A DNA stretch of 62,945 nt, counting the filler, from Octopus bimaculoides (lineage: Eukaryota): assembly GCF_001194135.2 (NCBI RefSeq). It is 4 parts of 4 records of this genome, joined end to end, with 100 filler letters (N's around TTAATTAATTAA, not from the genome) between each part and the next. Parts side by side here need not be neighbours in the genome. Positions count along the whole stretch, not along the records: positions 58,395 to 62,945 come from NC_068982.1; 3 more parts are not named here. One strand, given 5' to 3'. The notes beneath the pieces were generated by a model. That model had not been told where the DNA came from and searched no databases. It saw only the letters and a program-made list of their open reading frames with translations. Positions 61,285-62,945 of this stretch are shown here, piece by piece. The translations under genes and the position numbers were made by a program. Every line of letters begins with the position of its first letter. The first letter of the stretch is position 1.

Positions 61285-61890
61285 CTCTAATTATGGAGGG
61301 AACATGTGGAAGGGGCAGATCCAGGAAAATGTGGATGAAGTGGTGAGAAAGAATCTTCAGATGTTGGGCCTCAAAGAGGAGATGACAGGTAACCAAGACT
61401 TCTAAGTGTTTGCTTTGCTTGAGAAAACANNNNNNNNNNGATGACAGGTAACCAAGACTTCTAAGTGTTTGCTTTGCTTGAGAAAACATGCTAAGCTAAG
61501 TAAAATTGAGGCAGTCCATGCCTACAGGCATATCTTCTGCATCCCTCTCTCAGCCAAGAAATCCTAGTATTGCAGGCTTCTGGGTGCTAATTTCACATAA
61601 AAGTACCCTTGGTGTTGCCAGGTAAAAGTGCCCATGCCAATGTTATGTAAAAGCACCATTGCCAGTGTCACATAAAAGCACTTGTGCCGGTGGTATGTAG
61701 AAGCGTCTGTGCCAGTCCTATGTGCTGGTGCCATATAGAAGCATATAAAAGTGGCTGGCATTAAGGAAGGGCATCCAGCAATAGATATCATGCCAGAACA
61801 GACAAATGGAGCCAAGGCAGCTCTCCGGCTTGCCAACTCTTGTCAAATCATCCAACCCATGCCAGCATAAAAACAGACATTGAAAGAGAC
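61285..61890 (+). mobile_element. Degenerate RTE LINE 3' end
   Basis: MEGTCGRGRSRKMW and DEVVRKNLQMLGLKEEMT, followed by tail motifs GGAAGGGCATCCAGC and CATCCAACCCATGCCAGCAT. Confidence 0.75.
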
Positions 61891-62234
61891 ACTGATATCC
61901 ATCTTCATAATACTGTTGCTTCAATGAAGGCTGCCATTGTCTAGTTGATGTCCAAAATTAATAAGGAACATTAAAATGCAGGCATGTTGACCGTGCACTG
62001 GAGCAGTCAACAAAGCAGAAGCTGGATTCAGATTATAATCTAAAGAAACTTATGAAGATCATGTGCAGAAATTTTTATTTAAATATCTATGGTTTTNNNN
62101 NNNNNNNNNNNNNNNNNNNNNNNNNNNNNNNNNNNNNNNNNNNNNNNNNNNNNNNNNNNNNNNNNNNNNNNNNNNNNNNNNNNNNNNNNNNNNNNNCTGA
62201 AGTGGCATTTGTGATACATCATTGATAGAAGACT

Positions 62235-62470
62235 TACTCTTTTACTCTTTTACTTGTTTTAGTCATCTGACTGTGGCCATGCTGGAGCACCGCCTTTAGT
62301 CGAGCAAATTGACCCCAGGACTTCTTTGTAAGCCTAGTACTTATTCTATCAGTCTCTTTTGACATAAACACACCAGCATCGGTTGTCAAGCAATGTTAGG
62401 TGGGGGGAAACACAGACACACAAACATATACACACACACATACATATATATATATACACACACACATACA
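62235..62470 (-). mobile_element. 3' half of second SINE family with (AAGAGT)n-like tail
   Basis: TTACTCTTTTACTTGTTTTAGTCATCTGACTGTGGCCATGCTGGAGCACCGCC. Confidence 0.8.
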
Positions 62471-62479
62471 TACATATAT

Positions 62480-62935
62480 GCGTACCTTTCCTACATTGGA
62501 CACTAAACTCCGCTTGCGAAGACTTGTTGAGGTAAGTGAAATCGAACTAAATTCGATGACTGGCACCCGTGCCAACATCGTCTCCTTCCTAGGACATGAA
62601 ACTCAGCTTGCGAAGACTTATTGAGGCAAGCGAAAGCGAAATCGGGATAGCACCTGTACCCAGCATCGCCTTTCTGGCACTTGTGCCCGTGACATGTGTA
62701 AGGATTTTCAAGCGAGATCGTTGCCAGTGATCCTGGACTGGCTCTTGTGCGAGTGACACGTAAAAGCACCCACTACACTCTCAGAGTGGTTGACATTAGG
62801 AAGGGCATCCAGCTGTAGAAACTCTGCCAAATCAGACTGGAGCCTGGTGTTGCCATCCGGTTTCACCAGTCCTCAGTCAAATCATCCAACCCATGCTAGC
62901 ATGGAAAGCGGACGTTAAACGATGATGAAGATGAT
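62480..62935 (+). mobile_element. Well-preserved RTE LINE 3' UTR with (GAT)n tail
   Basis: CACTCTCAGAGTGGTTG...GGAAGGGCATCCAGCTGTAGAAACT...GGACGTTAAACGATGATG. Confidence 0.85.
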
Positions 62936-62945
62936 ATATATATAT

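Noticed and set aside
61380-61490. About 50-bp direct repeat around a 10-N gap
   Set aside because: Typical scaffolding overlap artefact.

Overview
AT-rich eukaryotic (metazoan) genomic DNA with many assembly gaps and very dense microsatellites. The SINE and LINE repertoire strongly resembles octopus genomic DNA; this is inferred from recalled repeat sequences, not from a search. I could not identify any intact host protein-coding exon, rRNA, tRNA gene or CRISPR array. Nearly all ORFs in the supplied track are translations of microsatellites or N-gaps. The recognisable content is transposable elements. These are many tRNA-derived SINEs (head-to-tail arrays joined by (TTA)n), RTE LINE 3' ends, five fragments of RLE-type (R4/Dong-like) non-LTR retrotransposons (four end in a microsatellite), a Penelope GIY-YIG remnant, a Gypsy gag-protease remnant, Tc1/mariner, hAT, piggyBac-like and probable Chapaev3 remnants. 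The most interesting observations are four. (1) Two diverged L1/Tx1-like elements appear to carry only ORF1 and share a 3' terminal motif and a nearby stem-loop, a candidate non-autonomous ORF1-only retroposon family. (2) Two related RLE retroposons are tied to (CATA)n repeats. (3) Two long fold-back hairpins have 97-bp and 48-bp arms and are candidate dsRNA/ADAR substrates. (4) Strand-composition hints suggest an unannotated minus-strand transcript across about 0-19 kb. All family assignments come from motif recognition by eye; no alignments or database searches were run, and most boundaries are approximate.
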